From NCBI GenBank assembly GCA_964354865.1, contig CAYHBN010000001.1, positions 488-64,487 of the forward strand: 64,000 nt of DNA, written 5' to 3'. This DNA comes from an uncultured Candidatus Peribacteria bacterium (lineage in GTDB: Bacteria; Patescibacteriota; Gracilibacteria; UBA1369; UM-FILTER-53-11). The notes under the pieces were generated by a model. That model was given only the letters and a program-made list of their open reading frames with translations. It searched no databases and was not told where the DNA came from. The position numbers and the translations under genes are program-made. The first letter of the stretch is position 1; each line of letters begins with the position of its first letter. Shown piece by piece: positions 48,003 through 57,222 of the stretch.

Positions 48003-50225
48003 TTAAAATCCTCCGCCCGGTGCGGTTATATAATCTGTACCGCTCACGTCTTTAAATTCTTGTGGAGAGATAATTGGCACAATACCTGTTCTGCCACTCG
48101 TCGGAATCGGCGAACTCGATGAACGAATTGGTGCGCCTGAATCTTGTACGGGAACAATAAGTTCTAGGTCTGAACCCGCTACATCGTAAATTTTAAGACC
48201 AGAAATGAGCGGCTCTTGATTTAACTCAAGATCACGAATACGACGCTCGAAACGAGGAAGCGCATTGGTATATAAGGTTTGTAATCGTTGCAATGCCCGA
48301 TAGCGCGCTTTAAGCGTAACGACTTGCTGAGCGGTGCGCGTAAAATCAGACAATAATCCTTCAGCGACTTGACCGTTAAGTGCCGTCATTTGTGCAAAAA
48401 ATGCGGTTTCTGTCGTCGTTTGTTGAGCGGTACGTTTTGTTAGCTCACTATTTGTAATGTCGATTTCTTGCTGCACATCTCCAAGCGTTTCATTCGCCTC
48501 TTTATATAACTGATTCATAAGTAATAACTGTGACTTTAAACGTGCACGACGATCGGTCGATTGATTCAGAAGTTTATTTATATCTACTTGGTATGCATTT
48601 TCTAAAAGTTTGAACTGCGTAATATATTTAGCAAAAGGAGTGACCGCACGTGCTGCTTCTCCAATTGCAATACCAGCCTGAACGCCAATATCGGTAATAT
48701 AAATTGGTTCAGCCGCAATTCCCTGACCCACTTGTACTGATCCAGCGATACCACTATCAATAGTATTTTCAGTCGGTTGTTTTGGGACTGGTCTAGGCGT
48801 TTGTTCAGTTTGTGAATTAGAACCACCGAGTCCTACCTTTTGTAATATAACTCCGCCATACGAAACCCATGCCAAATGAATGGCATACACAAGCCCAATA
48901 AAGACTGCGATGTATATAATGAGTCTCACTATTTTTGCAGGAGTAATACCAAGTTCATTAATAAGTTCTTTAACCTGCGCAATAAATCCTTCTCCGTCAT
49001 CTATACTTGGAACATCTTCTTTTTTCTTAATACTACTTAACAAATCGGCCGCCGCTAAAGCGGATGCATCGTCATCTTCTTCAATAAATTCTGCTTCGAT
49101 AGCTTCTTGTTTATCAATTTTCTTCACAGGCTCTGGCCGTGCTGGCATCGGTGCCGGTGCAGGCCGTGGAGCCTGCGGCGCAGGAGCCTGTACTGGTTGA
49201 ACAGGACGTGGGGGAGCCGGAGCAACAGGCGGCGTTTGAGGACGAGGCGGCTGTGGAGCAACTGGCGTTGGTGCTTGTGGTCGTGGTGGTTCGACAGAAC
49301 CACTTGCCGGGTACCCGCTTTGCGGACGCGGTGGTACCGGAACCGACGGAGTCGGCACAACGGGAGCTGGACGCGGTGGCTGAGGTACTGGTGGAGCTGG
49401 TTGAAAAACAGGCTGTGCTGGTGCAACAGGCCGAGGCGGTTGAGGGGTAACAGGTGTTGATTGAACAGGACGAGGCGGCATAGGAGCTACTTGCGGCTGC
49501 GCGAGCACGGGCGCCTGGGGCGCAACCGGCGTTTGCGGCATTGGCCGCGGTGGTTGTGGGGCAACTGAAATGGGTGCAGCGCTTTGCGTCGGCGCAACCG
49601 GCATGTTTGGTTTTGGTGGAATCGGACCAGGAGGAGGTACGGGACGTGAAGTTGGTATCGGTGAAAGTGGCTGATGTGCTGTCGGCGTTGGCGCAATTGG
49701 TCTCGGCGGCAGTGGCGAAGGCGTCGGAGCAGAAACCGTTACGGGCGGATTTGGGGCCACTGGTCGTGGTGCTTGAGGCGCGAGAGTCGGCACAACAGGA
49801 ACCGTTTGAAGTATTGGTCTCGGCGGCAGTGGCGCTATCGGAGTTGGTGTTACCAGTGATGGTGCAATTTGCGGTGCAGTTGAAACTACCGGCAGCGGTT
49901 GCGGCGGTAATGGCACAGCAGCTGAAGGTGTAGCTACTACAAGAGCAGGTTCCGGTGCGGGTGTCGGCACAGCAACAACTGGTGCGGGCTTATCTAACTG
50001 CGCAGGTTTTACCTGCGGATTCGTCTCTCCAATTGCGATATCATCACTCGCCCACATTGAAAGCAGATCATCGACCGTATTTTCTTTTTTGGGCGATGGT
50101 TGTTGCGCTGATTGCGTTGTCGCTGGCACGATCGGTGTATTTATAGGCGCAGCCGTACCACCCGACGCAGTGGTCGAGTCACCCCCTGTTACCGCTCCTG
50201 TTTGTTGACTTTGTTCATCTGCCAT
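48003..50225 (-). CDS. hypothetical protein: long Pro-rich repeat region, one TM, coiled-coil C-terminal half
   Basis: 740 aa. About 290 aa of PQPPRP / PPRPV-type repeats (roughly 49130-50000), then the TM LIIYIAVFIGLVYAIHLAWV. The many overlapping ORFs here are by-products of the repeat. Confidence 0.7.
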   Translation of the reverse strand: MADEQSQQTGAVTGGDSTTASGGTAAPINTPIVPATTQSAQQPSPKKENTVDDLLSMWASDDIAIGETNPQVKPAQLDKPAPVVAVPTPAPEPALVVATPSAAVPLPPQPLPVVSTAPQIAPSLVTPTPIAPLPPRPILQTVPVVPTLAPQAPRPVAPNPPVTVSAPTPSPLPPRPIAPTPTAHQPLSPIPTSRPVPPPGPIPPKPNMPVAPTQSAAPISVAPQPPRPMPQTPVAPQAPVLAQPQVAPMPPRPVQSTPVTPQPPRPVAPAQPVFQPAPPVPQPPRPAPVVPTPSVPVPPRPQSGYPASGSVEPPRPQAPTPVAPQPPRPQTPPVAPAPPRPVQPVQAPAPQAPRPAPAPMPARPEPVKKIDKQEAIEAEFIEEDDDASALAAADLLSSIKKKEDVPSIDDGEGFIAQVKELINELGITPAKIVRLIIYIAVFIGLVYAIHLAWVSYGGVILQKVGLGGSNSQTEQTPRPVPKQPTENTIDSGIAGSVQVGQGIAAEPIYITDIGVQAGIAIGEAARAVTPFAKYITQFKLLENAYQVDINKLLNQSTDRRARLKSQLLLMNQLYKEANETLGDVQQEIDITNSELTKRTAQQTTTETAFFAQMTALNGQVAEGLLSDFTRTAQQVVTLKARYRALQRLQTLYTNALPRFERRIRDLELNQEPLISGLKIYDVAGSDLELIVPVQDSGAPIRSSSSPIPTSGRTGIVPIISPQEFKDVSGTDYITAPGGGF

Positions 50226-50238
50226 AATTTATCTAGTT

Positions 50239-50247
50239 AGTATACCA
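50239..50247 (-). promoter_or_regulatory. extended -10 TGGTATACT upstream of the Pro-rich protein gene
   Basis: The minus strand reads TGGTATACT-aactagataaatt-ATG. Confidence 0.4.
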
Positions 50248-50378
50248 GAAATATGCATATTTTTCGAGGGGATTTGACAACGTGTCAATCGATTACACTT
50301 GGCCTGCTTCATCATGCTAATTACAATGTTTTGCCGAGCTACCCATCAATAATCATTAATCTTTATAACAATCTGTCT

Positions 50379-52436
50379 ATGATTACCTACTTAGCAATTG
50401 GTGCTGCAGTCGTTTCTCTCGTTTACGCGATTATCCTCTCTGTTTTGACCTTAAAGAACTCAAAGGGTTCTGCAAAAATGGTAGAAATCGCCTCATATAT
50501 TCAAGAAGGTGCTCAAGCGTACCTTGGCCGACAATCAAAAGCAATTGCGGTCGTGGCATTAGTAATCTTTGTTGTACTTCTACTCGCCTTTAAAACGAAT
50601 GGCATGTTACTCGCCGGCGGATTTTTAATTGGTGCCTTTTTCTCAGGACTTGCTGGCTATATTGGTATGTCTATTTCGGTTCGAGCAAACGTTCGAACTG
50701 CAGAGGCAGCTCATAAAGGATTAGCAAAAGCGCTCAAGGTAGCATTTATGGGAGGTTCAGTTACAGGATTTTCTGTCGTTGGTCTCGCACTCCTTGGTGT
50801 AAGCAGCTTGTACTTGGTATTTCAAAAAGTAAGCGGTCTTCCATTTAACGAAGTTCCACAACTCTTAATCGGATTTGGATTTGGCGCATCACTCGTTTCA
50901 CTCTTCGCTCGTGTTGGTGGCGGTATCTTTACAAAAGCAGCAGACGTCGGTGCAGACTTAGTAGGAAAAGTTGAGGCAGGAATTCCAGAAGATGATCCTC
51001 GAAACCCAGCTGTAATTGCCGATAACGTTGGGGACAACGTCGGTGACTGTGCAGGTATGGGCGCTGATTTATTTGAGACATACGCCGTTACGTTAATTTC
51101 AGGAATGATTCTTGCCGCATCGGTTATCGGTACACAGACCTCAGTTGAATATCCTCTTGCACTCGGCATTATCGCTGTTTTTGCATCTATCATCGGTAGC
51201 TTTTTCGTTCGCCTCGGAAAAAAGAAGAACATCATGGGCGCTCTTTATAAAGGCATGATAGTAACAGGACTTGTCTCAGCAATCGGTTTCTATTTTGTCA
51301 CTGATTACATGTTCAATGACATGTACATTTTCTTCGCATCACTCGTTGGACTCTTGGTTACTCTTCTCGTTACGGTCATTACTGAATACTACACATCGAC
51401 TGAATACGGTCCGGTGAAAGAGGTTGCCGACGCAAGTGTCACTGGTGCTGCTACTAACATCATCGCTGGCTTGGCTGTTGGTCTTCGATCAACATTTGCT
51501 CCCGTTCTCGTTATCGTTGGTGCAATCGTTGGTGCATATATGCTTGGTGCAAGTTCATCACTCGCAAACGGAATTTACGGTATTGCCGTAGCAGCAATCG
51601 CAATGCTCTCTACAACGGGCATGGTGATCGCCGTTGACTCATATGGGCCTATTACTGACAATGCAGGAGGAATCGCCGAAATGTCACACCTTCCAAAAGA
51701 AGTTCGTGAGCACACCGACGCACTCGACGCTGTTGGCAATACAACAAAAGCTGTTACAAAAGGTTACGCAATCGCCTCTGCTGCACTCGCAGCGCTCGTT
51801 CTCTTTCAAGCATATACCGAAGAAATTAATAAAGCGTCACTTGAAACTCTTGGTGGCACGCTCATCTTCGACATTAGCAATCACTTAGTACTCGTTGGTC
51901 TTTTGATCGGTGGACTTTTACCATTCGTCTTCTCTGCATCACTTATGACGGCGGTTGGTCGTGCTGCTCAGCAAGTTGTTGAAGAAGTTCGCCGCCAATT
52001 CCGTGAAATTAAAGGAATCATGGAGGGCAAGAACAAGCCAGAGTACGGCCGTTGTGTAGATATCGTTACAAAGGCAGCGCTAAAAGAAATGATATTCCCG
52101 GGCATTTTGGCCGTTACTGCGCCAATCGTTGTAGGTCTTATTTTTGGTCCGTTAGCACTTGGTGGATTACTCGTCGGTGTGATTATCTCTGGCCTTATGC
52201 TTGGTCTTCAAATGTGTACTGGTGGTGCCGCATGGGATAATTCTAAGAAATATATTGAGGCTGGCAATCACGGAGGCAAAGGCTCAGACGCTCACAAGGC
52301 AGCAGTTGTTGGAGACACGGTTGGTGATCCATTCAAAGACACCGCTGGTCCAGCTCTCAACGCACTCATTAAAGTTATCAACACGGTTGCATTACTCGCT
52401 GGTACCTTTATTGCAAGCAACAGTCTTTTGGGATAA
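50379..52436 (+). CDS. hppA: membrane-bound proton/sodium-translocating pyrophosphatase
   Basis: Polytopic. [38 protein letters not shown] and [11 protein letters not shown] motifs. Start moved to ATG 50379 ([11 protein letters not shown]). Confidence 0.9.
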   Translation: MITYLAIGAAVVSLVYAIILSVLTLKNSKGSAKMVEIASYIQEGAQAYLGRQSKAIAVVALVIFVVLLLAFKTNGMLLAGGFLIGAFFSGLAGYIGMSISVRANVRTAEAAHKGLAKALKVAFMGGSVTGFSVVGLALLGVSSLYLVFQKVSGLPFNEVPQLLIGFGFGASLVSLFARVGGGIFTKAADVGADLVGKVEAGIPEDDPRNPAVIADNVGDNVGDCAGMGADLFETYAVTLISGMILAASVIGTQTSVEYPLALGIIAVFASIIGSFFVRLGKKKNIMGALYKGMIVTGLVSAIGFYFVTDYMFNDMYIFFASLVGLLVTLLVTVITEYYTSTEYGPVKEVADASVTGAATNIIAGLAVGLRSTFAPVLVIVGAIVGAYMLGASSSLANGIYGIAVAAIAMLSTTGMVIAVDSYGPITDNAGGIAEMSHLPKEVREHTDALDAVGNTTKAVTKGYAIASAALAALVLFQAYTEEINKASLETLGGTLIFDISNHLVLVGLLIGGLLPFVFSASLMTAVGRAAQQVVEEVRRQFREIKGIMEGKNKPEYGRCVDIVTKAALKEMIFPGILAVTAPIVVGLIFGPLALGGLLVGVIISGLMLGLQMCTGGAAWDNSKKYIEAGNHGGKGSDAHKAAVVGDTVGDPFKDTAGPALNALIKVINTVALLAGTFIASNSLLG

Positions 52437-52464
52437 TTACGTAATTAACTCTTAGCCAAATTCG

Positions 52465-52767
52465 ATGAACGATCAAAATCAATTTATCTCTGCAATCCCT
52501 GGTGTGCGCGACATGCGTTCACACCAGGGATTGGTTCAAGGTGCCGATAGCAGCCGCCCACTCAAAGCCACACTCACGGCACTCGATGGCAACTATGCCC
52601 TACTAGAACTTTCTGATTCTCATGAAGTTATTAAATGGCCCAAAACAAAAATCCCCGCCGAGGCAAAAATCGGAGACAGTTTGTTGCTCGAAGCCGTATC
52701 TCTTTCAAAGTTAAAAGAAGAAGAACTCGCACGAATGAGACAACTTCTTGAGGATTTGATAAATTAA
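52465..52767 (+). CDS. hypothetical small protein
   Basis: 100 aa. Weak resemblance to DUF3006-type proteins (ALLELSDSHEVIKWPKTKIP). Confidence 0.4.
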   Translation: MNDQNQFISAIPGVRDMRSHQGLVQGADSSRPLKATLTALDGNYALLELSDSHEVIKWPKTKIPAEAKIGDSLLLEAVSLSKLKEEELARMRQLLEDLIN

Positions 52768-52777
52768 AAACTTTCAT

Positions 52778-53134
52778 ATGAAAAATTTAGCACCAAATAT
52801 CACACGTGAACGTCTTGTTATAGAGGGTTTCTTTTCTATTAAGGTAGATGAAGAAGTTATTAAAGACTATTTCAATAAAATAACCTCCGAGCTCAGTTTA
52901 AGAATGTACGGAGAGCCAATCATCTTTTCACCAGGTGGAATGGGCAAAGAAGAAAATCAAGGCTATGACGCTTTTGTTCCGCTCATTGATTCAGGCATTT
53001 CACTGTATGTTTGGGGGAATCAGAAGTTTATGTCTGCCATTATTTATACGTGTAAGACTTTTGACCAAAAAAAAGCCATTCAAGTGACTAAGGATTTTTT
53101 TAATGTCGCAGAGATTGAATCAATGTTCTTTTAG
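52778..53134 (+). CDS. S-adenosylmethionine decarboxylase (SpeH)-like small protein
   Basis: 118 aa. GYDAFVPLIDSGISLYVWGNQKFMSAIIYTCK aligns with [32 protein letters not shown] of small AdoMetDC proenzymes, but the ES cleavage site reads DS and other residues differ. Confidence 0.35.
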   Translation: MKNLAPNITRERLVIEGFFSIKVDEEVIKDYFNKITSELSLRMYGEPIIFSPGGMGKEENQGYDAFVPLIDSGISLYVWGNQKFMSAIIYTCKTFDQKKAIQVTKDFFNVAEIESMFF

Positions 53135-53362
53135 CTGAGTGTCACCGGGGACAGTTTTCGGTAGGACAATATTTGATAAAATATTTTTTCAGTGTTTAGT
53201 TTAGATTCCGTACCGGTACGGTGAAAGTGTGCACGTGCACACTAATCTCCCATGAAAAAGACAATTTGTAAAATTTGTTATATTAACTTGTTCCCGGGAA
53301 GACTTTTTTTATTTAAAGGTTTTTGAGAGAAATGAACGCGGGGCTTTGTGACATGGGAGATA

Positions 53363-53523
53363 TTTAGGAAAGTTTTTGGGGAAGGGGCGGGTGAGGGAAA
53401 TAGTATAGCCACCATTTTTTGGGATCACGTATCCCAAAAAATAGCGAAGCCCGTACATGTTAGGGCGAGCGACCTTGTGGCTATATTTCCCTCACCCGTC
53501 CCGAACCTAAAGACTTTCCTAAA
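53363..53523 (+). other. ~160-nt long-stem hairpin: candidate structured RNA or MITE-like palindromic element
   Basis: The arms 53363-53410 and 53477-53523 pair over about 45 bp, with one 3-nt bulge, one 3x3 internal loop, and three G-T pairs that are compatible only on the plus strand. An inner perfect hairpin TTTTTTGGGAT-cacgt-ATCCCAAAAAA lies at 53415-53441. Confidence 0.4.
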
Positions 53524-53578
53524 AACCTCGAACAAGGAACCGCGGCCATTCACTCTCAAATCCCCCGTTTAAATATAG

Positions 53579-53615
53579 AAAAAAAATCCCCCGCACTCTT
53601 TTGAGATACGAGGGA
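53579..53615 (-). terminator. rho-independent terminator of rplY/ctc
   Basis: The minus strand reads TCCCTCG-loop-CGGGGGA followed by T8. The U-G pair works only on the minus-strand RNA. Confidence 0.6.
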
Positions 53616-53638
53616 CTTTAAGTTTATAACGAGGTCTA

Positions 53639-54295
53639 CTATTTCTTATCAGCGCCCTTCTCAGCAGCGGGAGCACCAGCAGCTGGAGCAGCAGCGGCAC
53701 CTTCGGCAGGAGTAGCGGCAGCAGCTTTTGAAGCTTCAGCCTCAACCTTGATGTGGCTTGCGGTAACAACCGTGTCTTCCATCGCATCGAGAACAGTAAT
53801 ACCTGCAGGGAATTTAATATCTTTAACGTGAACCGCAGTATGAAAGTCAACGATAAGTGAAATATCAACCTGAATTGAATGAACCAAATCTTTAGGCAAA
53901 CACTTAATTTTAAGTTCATGTTTATGAACATCGAGAATACCACCAAGAGTTTTAATCGCAGGTGAAACACCGATGAACTCAACTTTAACTGAAGCGGTAA
54001 CCATCTTATTCATATCGATTACTAAAAAATCAATATGTTGGTAAAAATCGCTTACCGGATCGTACGTTACCTCTTTAACAAGAACAGGATGCTCCTTGCC
54101 ATTTACCTTGAGCTGCACAATCGTATTAGTACCGGCCTTAATATAGACCTTCCTAAATGACTGATAATCAACATCAAGCATTTCAGGCTTTGACCCAGCT
54201 CCATATACAACAGCAGGAACTCTGCCAGTTGCGCGGATAGCCTTTGCCTTAATTGTAGCACTGCGAACCGATGCGTCTAAAAGTAGATTTTCCAT
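53639..54295 (-). CDS. rplY: 50S ribosomal protein L25/general stress protein Ctc
   Basis: N-terminal RATGRVPAVVYG. Two-domain Ctc form with an Ala-rich C-terminal tail. 218 aa. Confidence 0.9.
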   Translation of the reverse strand: MENLLLDASVRSATIKAKAIRATGRVPAVVYGAGSKPEMLDVDYQSFRKVYIKAGTNTIVQLKVNGKEHPVLVKEVTYDPVSDFYQHIDFLVIDMNKMVTASVKVEFIGVSPAIKTLGGILDVHKHELKIKCLPKDLVHSIQVDISLIVDFHTAVHVKDIKFPAGITVLDAMEDTVVTASHIKVEAEASKAAAATPAEGAAAAPAAGAPAAEKGADKK

Positions 54296-54340
54296 AAGCA
54301 GGAGGATTTTAGTGGAGGGTAGTCAGTAAGTCAAATCTTT

Positions 54341-54646
54341 TCACATTCCAAGTTGGCTAAATACTCCCTTCATGCGCTCTGAACCAATTTCCTGGGCTTT
54401 TTTAATACCTTTATTCGTCGCTTTTGAGAAACTAACCTCAAGTTGCTTTTTTCCAGAATCAGTTGATTTTGCCTTTTCCCAGGCATCAGATGCAATCGAC
54501 ACCGCAATAATCTCTTGCTCACCTGTCACCGTAACCGTTATTCCCCCATCTTCAGCCTCAATATGGGTCTTTTTCAACTCCTCCTTAATGGCTTTAGCTT
54601 GTTTTTGAAGGTTATACGCGTCTTTTGCTTTATCGAAAATTCCCAT
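54341..54646 (-). CDS. ybaB: YbaB/EbfC family nucleoid-associated protein
   Basis: 101 aa. KQAKAIKEELKKTHIEAEDGGITVTVTGEQEIIAVSI matches the YbaB pattern. Confidence 0.75.
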   Translation of the reverse strand: MGIFDKAKDAYNLQKQAKAIKEELKKTHIEAEDGGITVTVTGEQEIIAVSIASDAWEKAKSTDSGKKQLEVSFSKATNKGIKKAQEIGSERMKGVFSQLGM

Positions 54647-54787
54647 AGAAAAGTGAAATTAAAAAATAGTTATAATAAGTTGAAGTGGGAACACTTTAAT
54701 ACCTTTTTGGTGCACTGTAAAATAGCGCGAAGAGAAGCATTGCCATATGTGCAATATTATTGTACAATTAAAGATAACAAAATAATT

Positions 54788-55630
54788 ATGCGCATGAAAA
54801 AACTACATGCCTGTGTTGCCTGGATTCACCAGTATCGAATTGCGAACGGTTTAATTTCAGTACTCGTGTTGCTCACCTTTTTCGGTAATGCACTTGCGAC
54901 ACAAACTCTGTCAAAAAACGACTCCACAACTTCTCAACTTTCAACAATTGATACAAAATTCCTACTGAGAGATATTCAATTTGAAGCCCAACAGAGCAAA
55001 CGTGATATTCAACGAATAGATGATGAGTTTAGAAAAACGCTCACCGCAGTAAAAGATACACATTTTACCTGCAGCGCACTCTCTGATGTACTTTCAGAAA
55101 GGAATTCATTTGAATTACTTGTAAAGACAAATGAAAAACTCACCGCAAACTCGACACGATCAGAAATACTCGTTGCATACCAATACTACGCACGAATTAG
55201 AGGATCAGCTGAGGCATTGGGCGTTCGATCACAACTCTACGGAGGAGAAAAAAATCCAGCGACGCAAAAACAAATTGCAGGCACCATAAATGAATTACAA
55301 GCGTGCCGATCTATTGCAACGGTACTTAACAAAACGTGTGAGGTATATACGACAACTCTCGATGCAAGCAAAAATATGCCCAAAGAAAGCGCGAAACTCT
55401 ATGCGAGCGCCGCAAGTGAGATTGAAAAACAATGTTTAAATCCAAATGAAATTCTTTCAAAAGCGAATCTAACGATTACAGATGTCTCACAGCAAAAACT
55501 TGCCGAGAAACTTTTTGGCTCATCGTCAGTCTCAAAAAAAATAAAGAGGATTAACCGAAAAACAGAGATACACTCTAAAATAGGAAATAGAAACACTCTC
55601 TTTACAATGCTGGAGTCTCTACTGGAGTAG
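54788..55630 (+). CDS. hypothetical signal-anchored protein
   Basis: Start moved to ATG 54788 (MRMKKLH...GLISVLVLLTFFGNALA). The track ORF's upstream part is antisense to ybaB. Confidence 0.5.
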   Translation: MRMKKLHACVAWIHQYRIANGLISVLVLLTFFGNALATQTLSKNDSTTSQLSTIDTKFLLRDIQFEAQQSKRDIQRIDDEFRKTLTAVKDTHFTCSALSDVLSERNSFELLVKTNEKLTANSTRSEILVAYQYYARIRGSAEALGVRSQLYGGEKNPATQKQIAGTINELQACRSIATVLNKTCEVYTTTLDASKNMPKESAKLYASAASEIEKQCLNPNEILSKANLTITDVSQQKLAEKLFGSSSVSKKIKRINRKTEIHSKIGNRNTLFTMLESLLE

Positions 55631-57131
55631 GTGTAACAATCGGAGCCTCATTTCTCGTTATCGTAAACTGAGTAATAGGCGTTTTACGGCCGTCTTGATC
55701 AATACCATAGACGTTGAATTGATTAGCCCCAATATTTAAATTTCCATATTCTTTTTTTGCATAATACGACCAAACGCCGCTGTCAGGAACGTAGCGCGAA
55801 AGGGCAAAGTCGTTCACGAATACTTTTACAATTCCTTTACCAATAGTACCCGAGATAAGGACCGACGCTTCAGTTGTTGCATTTGAAGTGCTCCCATTAA
55901 AGCTCATCGCCTTTGGCGCAGACAAGTCAGCGGTTACCTTTGGTCTATTGTAATTAACGACGAGCTCGGCAGACTCACTTCTATTACCCTCTTTATCGAT
56001 TGCAACAAAAGAATAGCGATTATCTCCAGCTACAATGTTTCCCAACTCAGGTGCAACAGCATAATTCCATTGAACGCTGCCTGCTTTATATCGTTGCAAA
56101 ATATATGGTTCAGGGCGACCGGCAATGTATGTGGTGACCTCTAATTGCTTTGTTAATGGTGAAACCGTACCCGAAATGGTAACTGAACCGGTCGTAGTAA
56201 TTCTGTCTTCAGGTGTAGGTGACTTAATTTCTGGAGATGCAAAAACCTCAGAAACTTCGTCAGTTGAAGTGCTCGTTGTGTCTGCTAAAACAGGGTTCGT
56301 CGAGCTTGATAGTCCATTCAATGCGTTATCACCATTGGCAAGTGCATCTAAAACTGCACCGCTATTTACCTGCGTTGAATCCTGTAAACGATTCCACTTA
56401 TACCACTCAGTATCTCTAAATGAATCAGACAAAAGAGCTAACAACTGTACCGGCCGTCGGTTTTGAATTTGTCGAATTTCTTCTTGTCCTACAGAAATCT
56501 CTTGACCGAATTGTACGTTGAGCGTGTCGGCAATACGGATTGTTTCTTTATCATCTGGCTCAGGAACCCGAATTATAGCTTGTACCGTTCCAGAGATTAC
56601 ATGAACAGATTCTCGCGCCCCGGCAGAGACATCAAATACGGTTCCTAGTGTTGTGACTTCTATATGTTCAGTTGAAACAGTAAATGATGAATTAACTGCT
56701 TGGTTTTCACTCGCCTTTACCCATACATCTCCGGTTGAAACATTTAGACCAAGCTCATCTTGGCCATCGCGCGTTTTTAAGTCGGTCAATTCAATAGAAG
56801 TTTCAGAGCTCAAACGTACGGCGCTGCCATTTAAAAGAGTGAGAACAACACGTGAACCAGGCTCAGTTCTTATTGAATCACCTTCGTGTAATACAGCACC
56901 GGTCATTGCATCAGCCCACTCATCAACTCCCCAAATGCGCATTTGTGCACGCCCTGAAATTATTTCAACGGCTGCTTTATTCTCAAGCGCTTGTCGACGT
57001 TTTTCGCTGAAATAAGAGAAAATCTGGAACACCAACACACCGATTAATACAATAACGATGAGAGAAATGAACGGCAATAAAGCCGAGGATTTTTTGGGAC
57101 GGTTGTTTCTTGCGTAATAGTAGGGCTGCAT
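55602..57131 (-). CDS. FecR-domain membrane-anchored protein with Ig-like C-terminal repeats
   Basis: TM LLPFISLIVIVLIGVLVFQIF. GDSIRTEPGSRVVLTLLNGSAVRLSSETSIEL fits a FecR domain. Start taken at ATG 57131. Confidence 0.55.
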   Translation of the reverse strand: MQPYYYARNNRPKKSSALLPFISLIVIVLIGVLVFQIFSYFSEKRRQALENKAAVEIISGRAQMRIWGVDEWADAMTGAVLHEGDSIRTEPGSRVVLTLLNGSAVRLSSETSIELTDLKTRDGQDELGLNVSTGDVWVKASENQAVNSSFTVSTEHIEVTTLGTVFDVSAGARESVHVISGTVQAIIRVPEPDDKETIRIADTLNVQFGQEISVGQEEIRQIQNRRPVQLLALLSDSFRDTEWYKWNRLQDSTQVNSGAVLDALANGDNALNGLSSSTNPVLADTTSTSTDEVSEVFASPEIKSPTPEDRITTTGSVTISGTVSPLTKQLEVTTYIAGRPEPYILQRYKAGSVQWNYAVAPELGNIVAGDNRYSFVAIDKEGNRSESAELVVNYNRPKVTADLSAPKAMSFNGSTSNATTEASVLISGTIGKGIVKVFVNDFALSRYVPDSGVWSYYAKKEYGNLNIGANQFNVYGIDQDGRKTPITQFTITRNEAPIVTPTPVETPAL

Positions 57132-57222
57132 AGGTTCGTTGGGCAGTATAGTAGACAGAAAGTTACAGTACAAGCGGAGTAATAGTGTAGAATACTAATA
57201 AATCCGTTATGTCACTTTTTAA

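Noticed and set aside
49107-49933. Cluster of overlapping ORFs on both strands (49107..49460, 49124..49426, 49139..49450, 49487..49696, 49541..49933, 49674..49859)
   Set aside because: All lie within the GC-rich Pro-repeat region of the 740-aa minus-strand gene. Their Arg/Trp/Leu-rich or Val/Ala-rich translations are typical out-of-frame or antisense artefacts.
50274-50288. TTGACA-acg-TGTCAA inverted repeat upstream of hppA as a possible operator
   Set aside because: The arms are only 6 bp and the pairing does not extend outward, so chance occurrence is plausible. It may simply be overlapping -35-like hexamers.
53215-53245. ACGGTGAAAGTGTGCAC resembles the RNase P RNA GGGUGAAAGGGUGCGG element, and GGAAAGT at 53367 resembles GAGGAAAGUCC
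   Set aside because: The other universally conserved RNase P blocks (GAGGAAAGUCCGGGC, ACAGAA...GGCUUA) are absent, and the predicted helices do not fit the RNase P architecture.
53252-53326. 24-aa mini-ORF MKKTICKICYINLFPGRLFLFKGF with a CxxC pair
   Set aside because: It is too short, has no ribosome-binding or conservation evidence, and lies inside the loop of the ATCTCCCATG/CATGGGAGAT pairing. It cannot be supported from sequence alone.
53348-53572. 74-aa plus-strand ORF in the rplY-proximal non-coding gap
   Set aside because: It spans both arms of the long inverted repeat, so its sequence is dictated by the hairpin. It starts with GTG and has no protein-like features. I treat it as non-coding.
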